Below are positions 37,648-45,366 of a stretch of DNA of 64,000 nucleotides, piece by piece (position 1 is the stretch's first letter; every line of letters starts with the position of its first letter). Under the pieces are notes generated by a model that was not told the DNA's origin, made no database searches, and saw only the letters and a program-made list of their open reading frames with translations. A program made the translations under genes and the position numbers. The stretch lies in contig JAFGPK010000020.1 in the NCBI GenBank assembly GCA_016936235.1, positions 8,413-72,412 on the forward strand, in the 5' to 3' direction. The DNA comes from Candidatus Fermentibacteraceae bacterium. Its GTDB lineage: Bacteria; Fermentibacterota; Fermentibacteria; Fermentibacterales; JCC-6.

Positions 37648-38660
37648 AGCCCCACCTCGATCATGTACCTGGTGAAGTCCACCATCCTGGAGGAGTAGCC
37701 GTACTCGTTGTCGTACCAGGAAAGCACCTTTACCATCCTCGGACCCATCATCCTGGTGACCAGTGAGTCGAAGATCGAGCTGAACGGATTGCCGATGACG
37801 TCACTGGATACCAGGGGCTCCTCCGAGTACTGGAGAACACCGCTGAGCTCACCGAGGGAAGCCTCCCTCATGGCGCCGTTGACGGCTTCTGCGGTGGTGT
37901 CGCTTCCCAGGTTGCAGACAAGGTCCACAAGCGAACCGTCAGTGACGGGTACCCTGACGGCCATGCCGTCCAGCTTCCCGTTCAGGGCGGGTATGACCAG
38001 ACCCACGGCGGCGGCGGCTCCCGTAGTGGTGGGGATTATGTTCACAGCCGCTGCCCTGGCGCGCCTGGGGTCGCTGTGGGGAAGATCCAGTATTCTCTGG
38101 TCGTTGGTATAGGCGTGTATGGTGGTCATGATGCCGTTCTCGATGCCGAAGGTGTCATGAAGGACTTTGGCTACCGGGGCCAGGCAGTTGGTGGTGCAGC
38201 TGGCGGTGGATATCACGTGGTGGCTGTCGGGATCGTAGAGCCTGTGGTTCACACCGTACACCACAGTGAGATCGGCACCTGGTTTGCCCTTGCCCGGGGC
38301 GCTGAGGAGCACTTTTCTGGCACCCGCCGATAGGTGCATGGCAGCCTTCTCCCTGGACCGGAACAGACCGGTGGACTCGATGACCACCTGAACTCCGAGA
38401 TCCTTCCAGGGCAGTCTGGAGGGGTCGGGCTGGGAGAGGACAGTGAAGCTGTCACCCCCGGCTTCTATCCGGTCTCCGGAGACTCTGATCTCCCCGGGGA
38501 ACCTGCCGTGAACCGAATCGTACTTGAGAAGATGCGCCAGGGTCCCCGGGTCGGTGAGATCGTTCACTGCAACGATGTCTATGTCCGTGTCCCTCAGTGT
38601 CTGCCTGTAGACGAGCCTTCCGATCCTGCCGAATCCGTTGATTGCAACCTTTACTCCCAT
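37644..38660 (-). CDS. gap: glyceraldehyde-3-phosphate dehydrogenase
   Basis: 338 aa. INGFGRIGR and the active site SCTTNCLAP. Confidence 0.95.
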   Translation of the reverse strand: MGVKVAINGFGRIGRLVYRQTLRDTDIDIVAVNDLTDPGTLAHLLKYDSVHGRFPGEIRVSGDRIEAGGDSFTVLSQPDPSRLPWKDLGVQVVIESTGLFRSREKAAMHLSAGARKVLLSAPGKGKPGADLTVVYGVNHRLYDPDSHHVISTASCTTNCLAPVAKVLHDTFGIENGIMTTIHAYTNDQRILDLPHSDPRRARAAAVNIIPTTTGAAAAVGLVIPALNGKLDGMAVRVPVTDGSLVDLVCNLGSDTTAEAVNGAMREASLGELSGVLQYSEEPLVSSDVIGNPFSSIFDSLVTRMMGPRMVKVLSWYDNEYGYSSRMVDFTRYMIEVGL

Positions 38661-38730
38661 TTGTCCGCCTCCATAACAACTTTGCGCCTTCAGCTCAATA
38701 ATACACAGTCATTGGAACAGAACACCCTCA

Positions 38731-39768
38731 TCATCCGAAGAACAGCTTCGCCGCATCATAATGATCCTCTGGCACGGTCTTCAGTCTGCCTACGGCCTCA
38801 TTCAGGTCTACAGCTACTATATCAATGCCGCGAAGAGCCGCCATCTTCCCGAAAAGGCCCTCTTCGGCCATCTCCACGGCTTTGACGCCGAGCCTTGTCC
38901 CAAGTACCCGGTCGAAGGCTGTGGGGCTCCCTCCACGCTGTACATGGCCGAGTACGACGTGCCTGGTCTCGAGATCCGTCCTGTCGGCGATCTCGTTCTT
39001 GAGCACCTCCCCTATCCCGATGCCGGTCCCAAGCTGCACGTGGCCGAAAGCGTCCTGCTCCGCGGAATGCATGACATGCCGCTGCAGCTTCGAGTCCATA
39101 GCCCCTTCGGCAACGGCGACGATGGCGTACCTGTCGCCACGGGCATACCGCTCCTTCAGTATCTCGCAGACCTTGTCGGTATCGAACTCCTCTTCGGGGA
39201 TAAGTATTATATGGGCTCCCCCCGCCATCCCTCCGTGGAGGGCTATCCAGCCCGCATGCCTGCCCATGATCTCCACCACTATGACCCGCTCATGGCTTCG
39301 GGCCGTCGTATGAAGCATGTCCAGAGCCTTCATGACGAAGTTGATGGCGGTGTCGAAGCCGAAGGTGAAATCAGTGGCGGAAAGGTCGTTGTCGATGGTC
39401 TTGGGGACCCCGATGACGGAGAGGCCCTCTGAATTGAGCCTGCTGGCCACTCCCAGGGTATCCTCGCCGCCCATGGCTATCAGGCAGTCCAGCTTCATCT
39501 CGCTGTACGTCTTCTTGATGCTGTCGAGGCCGTTCTCTATCTTGAACGGATTGGTCCTGGAGGACAGAAGTATGGTCCCCCCCTCCATGTGTATGTCCCT
39601 TACCCTCTCCAGATCAAGATCGACGGACTGATTCTCGATGGCCCCCTTCCAGCCTCTGAGGAATCCCGTTATCCGGTGGTCGTTCTTCCTGCCCCTGACG
39701 GTTATGCCCCTGATGACGGCGTTGAGCCCTGGAGCGTCCCCCCCGCCTGTCAGTACTCCTATGTGCAT
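38731..39768 (-). CDS. pfk: 6-phosphofructokinase, predicted pyrophosphate-dependent
   Basis: 345 aa. GVLTGGGDAPGLNA, MGGEDTLG and PKTIDND. Asp and Lys sit at the positions equivalent to E. coli PfkA Gly104/Gly124. Confidence 0.9.
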   Translation of the reverse strand: MHIGVLTGGGDAPGLNAVIRGITVRGRKNDHRITGFLRGWKGAIENQSVDLDLERVRDIHMEGGTILLSSRTNPFKIENGLDSIKKTYSEMKLDCLIAMGGEDTLGVASRLNSEGLSVIGVPKTIDNDLSATDFTFGFDTAINFVMKALDMLHTTARSHERVIVVEIMGRHAGWIALHGGMAGGAHIILIPEEEFDTDKVCEILKERYARGDRYAIVAVAEGAMDSKLQRHVMHSAEQDAFGHVQLGTGIGIGEVLKNEIADRTDLETRHVVLGHVQRGGSPTAFDRVLGTRLGVKAVEMAEEGLFGKMAALRGIDIVAVDLNEAVGRLKTVPEDHYDAAKLFFG

Positions 39769-39782
39769 TTCATCTCCCCTGT

Positions 39783-40571
39783 CTAGCTCTCGTTGTCACC
39801 TTGCGCCATCCTTCTGAGCAACCTTCCGGCCAGCTGGGCCAGCTCCGGTATGGACAGCGACTGTCCTCCGTCGGAGAGGGCCTTGTCCGGATCCGGGTGT
39901 ACTTCAAGCATTATACCGTCTGCGCCTGCGGCCAGACCGGCAAGGGCCAGGGGCTCCAGAATGTCCCTTCTTCCGGAAGCGTGGCTCGGGTCGACTATGA
40001 CGGGATACCCCCCAAGCATCCTGGCCAGGGGGACCGCGGAAATGTCCAGAGTGTTCCTGGTCCAGGGTTCGAAAGTCCTTATGCCCCTCTCGCAGAGCAC
40101 CACTCTGTCATTGCCCTCCTTGACGATGTACTCGGCCGCCATGAGCCATTCCTCGATAGTGGCCATGAAACCACGTTTCAGGAGCACGGGCTTGTCGACC
40201 CTTCCCAGCGCCGAGAGAAGCGGGAAATTGTGCATGTTCCTGGCGCCCACCTGGATCATGTCGACGCAACCCAGTGAGGGGTCGATCTGGTCCACGGCCA
40301 TGACCTCGCTGACAACGGGTATGCTGAACTCCCGTCTGACCCTGTCGAGCAAATGAAGCCCTTCCACCCCCAGTCCCTGGAACGAATAGGGAGAGGTCCT
40401 GGGTTTGAAGGAGCCGCCCCTCAGTATCGAGACCCCGGACTTGACCGCCGCCGCAGCTATGGTCCTGAGCATCTCGAGGCTCTCCACCGAACAGGGCCCG
40501 GCGATGAGGACACCCTTGCCCCCTCCTATGGTTACGTTGCCGACCTGCACCGAGCGGACTTCCATGGTCAC
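39783..40571 (-). CDS. 3-deoxy-7-phosphoheptulonate (DAHP) synthase, type I-beta, catalytic core only
   Basis: 262 aa. LRGGSFKPRTSPYSFQGLG, IQVGARNM and NTLDISAVP. Start is GTG 40571 (GTGA overlap with the upstream stop) or ATG 40565 (2-nt spacer). Confidence 0.9.
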   Translation of the reverse strand: MTMEVRSVQVGNVTIGGGKGVLIAGPCSVESLEMLRTIAAAAVKSGVSILRGGSFKPRTSPYSFQGLGVEGLHLLDRVRREFSIPVVSEVMAVDQIDPSLGCVDMIQVGARNMHNFPLLSALGRVDKPVLLKRGFMATIEEWLMAAEYIVKEGNDRVVLCERGIRTFEPWTRNTLDISAVPLARMLGGYPVIVDPSHASGRRDILEPLALAGLAAGADGIMLEVHPDPDKALSDGGQSLSIPELAQLAGRLLRRMAQGDNES

Positions 40572-42229
40572 CTCTTCCCCAGTTCGCTTATTATGAACCG
40601 GATGATGTCCACGACAGAGCTGTCCGGGATCGGACCCGCGTTGTGCCCCATGGCGTTGTCCACCTGTTCATCCACCCATGTGGGATCGAAGCCACCGCCG
40701 CCGATCATTCCCATGAGCTCGGCCCTCTGGTTCAGGAGCCTGACCAGTTCCACGTCCGATCTCAGCAGTTCGCTCCGGAAATCGGGGGCTATCTCCCTGG
40801 TGCCTACAGCTTTTCTGTCAATCTTGCCGTTGGCCGTTCTTGGAAGACCATGAACAAAATTGACGAGTTTCGGTATCTTGTGTTCATCTATGTGCTGCCT
40901 GAGGAAATTCCTCATCTCGGCCACGTTGAGTTCCTTCCCCGGACGAAGGACGATGTAGGCTGAGGGTATCTCTCCCCTGGTCGGGTGGTCCCTCCCTACA
41001 ACGCAGGCATCCACCACGGAAGGGTGCTTGAGTATCGCCAGTTCCACTTCCAGAGGGTAGACCTTGAGCCCCGCGGCCTTGATGAGGCCTCCTCTGCGCC
41101 CCAGGAATATCAGGCGGCCGTCTTCCCGCCGGAATATGTCGCCTGTTCGGTACCAGCCGTTCAGGAAAGCCTCCTCCGTCTGGGGACGATCCCCCAGGTA
41201 CCTGTTGATCACGCCCTTCCCCGATATCCAGAGTTCTCCGCCCCCGTCCCCGCTGATCAGCTTTCCGGACAGGTCCCGCAACTCAACCGTGTAGCCTTCC
41301 ACCACCCGGCTGAAACCCGGGATCCCGCTCTCGCCGACGAGACCGACTCCGGCGGTCTCGGTGCTGCCCCATACGGGGACCATCTCCACGCCGGTGCTGT
41401 CGACGAAACTATCCATCAGATCCTCGGAAACATGCATTCCGCCGGCTTCCGCCAGACGGACCCCGGAGAGATCGGAATCGCTCCTGCTCCAGAGGTGCGA
41501 AAGGGTCATGAGCTGCGTAGGGAGCGCCATTATTGTTGTGACTCCCTTGTCCGCCACTACCCGGAGGACGTCCCTGGGATACCTGTGCCCGGTGAGCACG
41601 GTCCTTCCGCCGAGGTACAGGCCTCTCATGAAGAGTTCATGGGGATGGCCGTATACGCCGAAGAGCGAAGTATGGACGTCTCCCGACGTCAGGTTCAGGG
41701 TACGGATGACCCCGGCGGTGTTCGCAAGAAGCTGGCCATGGGTGGTGGGGGCTATCTTCGCCTGGCCAGTGGAGGCTGAGGTCACGTTGAGGTAGAACTC
41801 CTCGTCGCTTCCTATCTCCGGAAGGGAGGGGGGGGCTTTCTCTCCCGTCAGCACATCTTCGCCGATGAAAAGGGTATCTTCGTCCTGAGAGGCCTCGTAA
41901 TCCTCAAGTGATGACAGCACCAGACGGTCGGACCATCTGCCGAACACCCTCTGCCTCTCCTGGACGGGCCAGTCGGGATTCAGGGAGACGAACCTGGCTC
42001 CCACCATGGAGACGGCGGTGAACATGCAGGGCAGCAGCACCGATTTTCCCGAGACCACTCCTATCACATGACCGCGTCCGCCTCCGGCCTCATGGATCCT
42101 GGATGAGATGTGACGCGATATCCGGAACCAGTCTGCATACGTTATCTCGACGCGGTCATCGCACAGCGCTGTGGCGTCCGGTGTCTGTTCAGCCCATTTC
42201 TCCAGCAGCCCGTGTACCGTTACCGGCAT
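40568..42229 (-). CDS. AMP-forming adenylating ligase fused to a C-terminal AroQ (chorismate mutase type II)-like domain
   Basis: 553 aa. TSASTGQAK, WYRTGD and LPRTANGKIDRKA end the adenylation fold. The last ~70 aa, ELLRSDVELVRLLNQRAELMGMIG...FDP...GPIPDSSVVDIIRFIISE, align by eye with the CM domain of B. subtilis AroA(G). Confidence 0.78.
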   Translation of the reverse strand: MPVTVHGLLEKWAEQTPDATALCDDRVEITYADWFRISRHISSRIHEAGGGRGHVIGVVSGKSVLLPCMFTAVSMVGARFVSLNPDWPVQERQRVFGRWSDRLVLSSLEDYEASQDEDTLFIGEDVLTGEKAPPSLPEIGSDEEFYLNVTSASTGQAKIAPTTHGQLLANTAGVIRTLNLTSGDVHTSLFGVYGHPHELFMRGLYLGGRTVLTGHRYPRDVLRVVADKGVTTIMALPTQLMTLSHLWSRSDSDLSGVRLAEAGGMHVSEDLMDSFVDSTGVEMVPVWGSTETAGVGLVGESGIPGFSRVVEGYTVELRDLSGKLISGDGGGELWISGKGVINRYLGDRPQTEEAFLNGWYRTGDIFRREDGRLIFLGRRGGLIKAAGLKVYPLEVELAILKHPSVVDACVVGRDHPTRGEIPSAYIVLRPGKELNVAEMRNFLRQHIDEHKIPKLVNFVHGLPRTANGKIDRKAVGTREIAPDFRSELLRSDVELVRLLNQRAELMGMIGGGGFDPTWVDEQVDNAMGHNAGPIPDSSVVDIIRFIISELGKR

Positions 42230-43357
42230 CTATTCCTGTTTCTCTCCACATTCCGGGCAGAATTTCGAGTTCGACGGAACATCCGCACCGCATTTCCCGC
42301 ACTTCTTTCCGCCGTCGAGCTTTGCGCCGCACTCAGGGCAGAACTTCGCGCCGGGCTCCGCGGCGGCACCGCATGCCGGGCACTGGATCCCGAGCGCTTT
42401 GCCGCACTCAGGGCAGAACTTGCCCTGGGGGACGCTCTTGCCGCAGAACGGGCAGTTGACCAGAGGGGCTCCCCCGCCCTGGCCTCCGCCCTGGCCCCCT
42501 GCGGCCATGGTCTGGCCCATCATGTTGGCCATGGTCATACCCATCCCCAGCCCCGCACCCATGCCGACACCGGCACCGGCGGCTCCGCCTCCGCCTTCGT
42601 TGGCGGCTGCATCGCCCATGGCGGTCGCTGTCTTGAAGCGGAGGTACTGGTTCATATCGCCCAGCGCCCCCATGGCGCTTCTCTCGTCTATTCTGGCCTG
42701 GACCTCCTCCGGAGGAGTGATGGCCTGTACGTAGAAATCCACAAGCTGAATGCCGTACTTGCCGAAATCATCTCCCAGCCTTGATTTCGCCAGGGTCCCG
42801 ATCTCGTCGTAGTACTGGGCCAGATCGAAGATGGTCTCCAGGGTCTCTCCAAGAAGGTCGGCCAGTCTGGAGATTATCATGCCCTTGAGGAATCCCTCTA
42901 TCTCATCGGTGCTGAATCTTCCTTCAGTGCCTACGACCTTGTTGATGAACAGCTGGCTCTGCTCCACCTTCATCGAGAAGCTCCCGAAGGCCCGGAGACG
43001 CACCATGGCAAGTTCCTTGTCCCTGAATATTATGGGTTCCTTGGTGCCCCATTTCATGTCGGTGAACGTCTTCTTGTTGACGTAGAACACCGTTGCCCTG
43101 AACGGGGAATCCTTACCGGAGAAGAGGGTACTCACCAGTCCTGCCAGTATGGGTATGTTCTCCGTGGTGATGGTGTGCCTGCCTGGACCCAGAACGTCCA
43201 TGGCCTTGCCATCCCTGAAGAACACAGCATCCTGGCTCTCTCTTACGACAACCTGGGTTCCCAGGCGGAACTCGCCGGAACCCCCCTCCGGTATCCTGTG
43301 GACGATCTCTTTTCCGCTGTCGTCCATCCACTCTACTATCTCCATTTTTTTGAACAT
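42230..43357 (-). CDS. SPFH/Band-7 domain protein with Gly-rich linker and three C-terminal zinc ribbons (YdjI/COG4260-like)
   Basis: 375 aa. N-terminal SPFH fold pattern, Gly/Ala/Met-rich linker, then CPFCG-x9-CPECG, CPACG-x10-CPECG and CGKCG-x10-CPECG. AAGGAGAGG SD upstream. Confidence 0.83.
   Translation of the reverse strand: MFKKMEIVEWMDDSGKEIVHRIPEGGSGEFRLGTQVVVRESQDAVFFRDGKAMDVLGPGRHTITTENIPILAGLVSTLFSGKDSPFRATVFYVNKKTFTDMKWGTKEPIIFRDKELAMVRLRAFGSFSMKVEQSQLFINKVVGTEGRFSTDEIEGFLKGMIISRLADLLGETLETIFDLAQYYDEIGTLAKSRLGDDFGKYGIQLVDFYVQAITPPEEVQARIDERSAMGALGDMNQYLRFKTATAMGDAAANEGGGGAAGAGVGMGAGLGMGMTMANMMGQTMAAGGQGGGQGGGAPLVNCPFCGKSVPQGKFCPECGKALGIQCPACGAAAEPGAKFCPECGAKLDGGKKCGKCGADVPSNSKFCPECGEKQE
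42233..42460 (-). repeat. three tandem zinc-ribbon coding units (75-nt period)
   Basis: The 21-mer gccgcactcagggcagaactt (reverse complement encodes KFCPECG) occurs identically at 42326-42346 and 42401-42421. A third, synonymously diverged copy lies near 42245-42268. Confidence 0.8.
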
Positions 43358-43379
43358 GGTCCGTCAACCTCTCCTTGGA

Positions 43380-43904
43380 CTAGTCAACCGGCTGGTTCTT
43401 CTCCAGGTCGATCATCAGTTCGCTGCGCTCGGACATCTTCTTGCTGAACTCAACAAGGATGTCAACCATATTGTCTATCGGCTGCCGGAGATCCGAACCC
43501 GCCGCTGCGGCAGCCTGCAGGGCTCCCAGTGATTCCTCCAGCTCCTCGATGTCCTCAACGAGGCTAATATCGAAGGCGTAAAGCTTGTCCAGCTCGTCCT
43601 CACGAACCTTATGCATGTCGAACCAGCCCCTGTATCCCCTGGAGGCGAACCTGATCTCATCGGTCACCCTCTCCAGCCTCTTCAGTATCCTGTCAAAGTC
43701 GGTGACCGACTTCAGCGCATCAGGACCCCTGAGGCCGGCGGGTATCTCGCTGATATCGGTTCTCAGGCTGTCGAGCCTGCTCACAAGGGTCATCCTGAAA
43801 AGGTGGTCGTTGTCGCGCCTCTCCTCCTTGCTCTTGTAACCCTTGTAGCCCGGGATGAGGCGAATCGCCTTCTCCAGGAATCCCAGTTCTCTTCCCTCGC
43901 TCAT
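43380..43904 (-). CDS. helical (coiled-coil-like) protein of unknown function, partner of the SPFH gene
   Basis: 174 aa, rich in Glu/Arg/Leu heptad-like stretches. N-terminal LIPGYKGYKSKEERRDND. AAAGGAAA upstream of the ATG. Stop is 22 nt before the SPFH start. Confidence 0.6.
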   Translation of the reverse strand: MSEGRELGFLEKAIRLIPGYKGYKSKEERRDNDHLFRMTLVSRLDSLRTDISEIPAGLRGPDALKSVTDFDRILKRLERVTDEIRFASRGYRGWFDMHKVREDELDKLYAFDISLVEDIEELEESLGALQAAAAAGSDLRQPIDNMVDILVEFSKKMSERSELMIDLEKNQPVD

Positions 43905-43983
43905 AGCGTTTCCTTTCTTCAGACATGCTTCTCCGTGAACCTGCGAAACATAAGTATAACACTAATGAATGATGTCGATAAGG

Positions 43984-44982
43984 TCACCTTCCGGGTATGG
44001 ACCTTATATTGGCCAGGTGGTCCGAATGGGTCCTGGCGAAGAGGTGAAGTCCGGTCCCGTCCTCCCTGCTGACGAAATAGAGGTAGCCCTGGGAGGTGTC
44101 GGGATGCACGGCGGCATCAATGGAGGGGCCGCCGGGAGAGCAGATCGGTCCCGGGGGAAGTCCCGGGTGGAGGTAGGTATTGTAGGGATCATCTATCCGG
44201 AGGTCGCTGTACAGAAGGACTTCCTTGACCTCTCCCAGAGCGTACTGCACGGTGGCGCAGCTCTCGAGTCTCATTCCCAGGCGGAGTCTGTTCAGGAAAA
44301 CGCCGGCCACGAGAGCCCTCTCGGAATCGACCCTGGCCTCCCTCTCCACTATGGCAGCCAGGATGATCGTCTCGGAGACTGACAAACCGGTGTTCTCGGG
44401 GCTCGCCTCCATCTCGTCCGGCCATCTGGCCATGCCTGTCCTGACTATGCGGGTCAGGATCTCCCCCGCCTCGAGCGAGTCCGCGAACTCGTAGGTCTCC
44501 GGGAAGAGGTAGCCCTCCAGTGTCGGAACTCCCAGAGAAGAGAGGAAGACAGTATCGGCGGCGAGGCTGTCCAGCACCGGAAGGGGAACAGATGCGGAGA
44601 CGGAGATGACTTCCATTGCCTGTTCAAGGGTCAGCCCCGGGGCCAGTGTGACCCAGCTGGTGGCCACCGGTATCACATCGCCCCTGGTCAGGATTCCCAG
44701 TATGGAGTCAGGCGGCATGGAATCGTCCAGAAGATAAGTTCCAGCCTGAAGAGGAGGTTTGCCTTCGAGCCTGGAATACCGCCAGAGCAGGTAATACCTG
44801 CACCTCACCAGGCCCGAGTCGCAGAGTGCGCGGGAGATCATGTCGGCGCCCCATCCCCTCTCCACCCTGAAGACACACTGAACCCCCCTGCCCGGAGTCC
44901 CTCCGCACCAGCTCAGGGCCAGCGCGAAGGCGGCGGCAAGCAGAACCGCCACCGATGCTGCGAGTACCGGTTTTCTCTTCAC
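43984..44982 (-). CDS. mltG: endolytic murein transglycosylase MltG (YceG family)
   Basis: 332 aa. N-terminal TM anchor and YNTYLHPGLPPGPICSPG signature. Overlaps the ruvX stop. Confidence 0.9.
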   Translation of the reverse strand: MKRKPVLAASVAVLLAAAFALALSWCGGTPGRGVQCVFRVERGWGADMISRALCDSGLVRCRYYLLWRYSRLEGKPPLQAGTYLLDDSMPPDSILGILTRGDVIPVATSWVTLAPGLTLEQAMEVISVSASVPLPVLDSLAADTVFLSSLGVPTLEGYLFPETYEFADSLEAGEILTRIVRTGMARWPDEMEASPENTGLSVSETIILAAIVEREARVDSERALVAGVFLNRLRLGMRLESCATVQYALGEVKEVLLYSDLRIDDPYNTYLHPGLPPGPICSPGGPSIDAAVHPDTSQGYLYFVSREDGTGLHLFARTHSDHLANIRSIPGR

Positions 44983-45365
44983 GGCAATCCGAGATACCTT
45001 TTCAGGATTATCATTGCGGCCATGGAATCATCCCTTCCATCCCTTTCTCCGGTCCTTCCCAGCGTCCGCCCGGCCTCGAGGGACGATCCGGTCTCTCCGA
45101 CGAGTTCCACAGAGAATCCCTTCCCCTTCAGGTACAGGGCCAGTTCCTCGACCTCACGGGACAGGTCGGTGGGTCTGCCGGAGGCGGACAGCGGAAGCCC
45201 AAGCACCACCGTTCCCTCCCCGCTCAGCTCCTGGATATCCCTGAGCCTTTTTACGATGCCTTCCCAGGTGGTTCTGAGCAGGGGGTCGAGGGGAAGCACC
45301 ACGCCGGACCGGGAAGCGGCGAAACCGGTCCTTCCCCTCCCGTAATCCACCCCGATGTCGGTCAA
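44979..45365 (-). CDS. ruvX: putative pre-16S rRNA nuclease / Holliday junction resolvase-like YqgF
   Basis: 128 aa. GVDYGRGRTGFA N-terminus and C-terminal DDSMAAMIILKRYL. The ruvX-mltG pair is widely conserved. Confidence 0.85.
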   Translation of the reverse strand: MTDIGVDYGRGRTGFAASRSGVVLPLDPLLRTTWEGIVKRLRDIQELSGEGTVVLGLPLSASGRPTDLSREVEELALYLKGKGFSVELVGETGSSLEAGRTLGRTGERDGRDDSMAAMIILKRYLGLP

Positions 45366-45366
45366 T

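Noticed and set aside
40568-40800. CM-like segment as a frameshifted N-terminus of the DAHP synthase (pseudogene or assembly error)
   Set aside because: The reading frame is continuous from the ligase core through the CM-like segment to a clean stop that forms a standard coupling junction with the DAHPS start. There is no internal stop or frame break. An assembly indel cannot be excluded without reads, so it is reported as a finding rather than a pseudogene.
42110-42784. Two overlapping plus-strand ORFs (224 and 187 aa), rich in Ala/Pro/Gly/Arg
   Set aside because: Antisense to the Gly-rich linker and zinc-ribbon repeats of the SPFH gene. This is a low-complexity shadow.
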